A DNA stretch of 55,862 nucleotides from a virus. Lineage: Duplodnaviria; Caudoviricetes. Position 1 is the stretch's first letter. Each line of letters begins with the position of its first letter. Shown here piece after piece: positions 54,885-55,862 of this stretch. The stretch covers positions 1-55,862 of the IMG/VR virus record IMGVR_UViG_3300025862_000001, one strand, 5' to 3'. The position numbers and the translations under genes were made by a program. The notes under the pieces were generated by a model, which searched no databases, was not told the DNA's origin, and saw only the letters and a list, made by a program, of their open reading frames with translations.

Positions 54885-55715
54885 ACCAACGAAACACGGT
54901 TATCTGTGCGGTAGATCGGCCCTATGACACACATTCCACACTTCAATTTCCCGCTGTTTCACGCAGCAGCAAAAGAGCTACGGAAACGAGGCTGGGAAAT
55001 AACCTCACCCGCAGAGCTCGACTCACCAGAAGCGAAAAAAGCAGCCGAAGAGTCCCTAACCGGCGACGCCTCACACTACGCAGCAAACGACAGTTGGGGA
55101 GACCTACTAGCCCGCGACGTAAAGCTCATCGCAGACGGAGCAATCGACGCGATCATCTGCCTACCAGGGTGGGAACGCTCACGCGGCGGAAAACTAGAGA
55201 CATACGTTGCCCGTTTATGCGGGCTGCCGCTACTCGAATACCCGACGCTGGACGAGATCCACGCAAACCGCATCGACCACGCCCACGGACATGAGGAGGC
55301 AAGTTACAAACACCTAACCGATCGAACAAAAGAAATACAAGAAATGGAGTTCGTACCAGATACATACCGAGACGATCCTCACGAGATAAGGGTCACAGAC
55401 CCAAAGACAGGCGGCCAGAAGGGGAGCAAGATTCAACGCTATGACTTGCTTCCTTGGGATCAACTTGATAAGCTAGCTGAACTGTATGGGTGCGGCGCAG
55501 AAAAGTACGAGCCGAGAAATTGGGAGCTTGGGTATGCGTGGTCTCTCTCCTTCGCTTCAGCACACCGACACATGAAGATGTTTTGGCAAGATCACGAGTC
55601 GCTTGATTCCGAAACAAAATGTCACCATCTAGCGTCGGCTATCTTTCACCTCCTAGCGCTAATGCGTTTTGAGGAGCAGTACCCGGAGAAAGACGATCGC
55701 AGTGTATCCCTCTAG
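54874..55715 (+). CDS. DUF4406-like domain fused to dATP/dGTP diphosphohydrolase (DUF5664), with an 8-nt insertion near the N-terminus
   Basis: YLCG|PMT...FNFP.F, LPGWERSRG..LE; TGGQKG, RYDLLP, GAEKY..RNWE.G, RH, D.ET..HHLA. Confidence 0.88.
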
Positions 55716-55735
55716 ACTACCTAAACACGACCTTG

Positions 55736-55862
55736 CAAAGCTCCGCGGCAAGCGAATGAAAGATATGACCAGAGGGGAACGTATCTCAGCGGTAAAGCAA
55801 GGCATATTTCCTCCAGTTCGCTCAGAGCGAGAGCGACAACTTCGCTCGCGCTACGGGTTGAC
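55736..55862 (+). repeat. 127-bp terminal direct repeat of 1-127 (circular assembly overlap)
   Basis: Exact match to bases 1-127; 127 is a common assembler k-mer size. Confidence 0.95.

Noticed and set aside
55736-55862. Biological terminal repeat
   Set aside because: Length matches a common k-mer overlap and it falls within a gene; says nothing about packaging ends

Overview
The window is a complete, circularly assembled ~55.7 kb tailed dsDNA phage genome. Bases 1-127 equal 55736-55862. The gene set is siphovirus-like; high GC and leaderless promoters suggest an actinobacterial host (inference). Layout: small and cell-wall genes with terminases (1-8.4 kb), head and tail genes (8.8-33 kb), lysis genes (33-35.5 kb), and an early/replication region (37-55.7 kb) with SNF2 helicase, AAA ATPase, SSB, primase-polymerase, PolA, three methylases, nucleotide hydrolases and several homing endonucleases. 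No integrase is evident. Most notable: (1) a minus-strand cassette inserted in the head region, encoding a RAMP/Cas7-like protein, a partner gene and a non-coding array of GGY-NN pentamers split into six units, a candidate RNA-guided (VIPR-type) system; (2) two genes interrupted with identical Gly-codon/5-nt/Gly-codon geometry, suggesting programmed translational bypassing; (3) a C5 methyltransferase gene with a beta subunit and an HNH nuclease overprinted in an alternative frame. All calls come from reading motifs by eye; no database searches were run.
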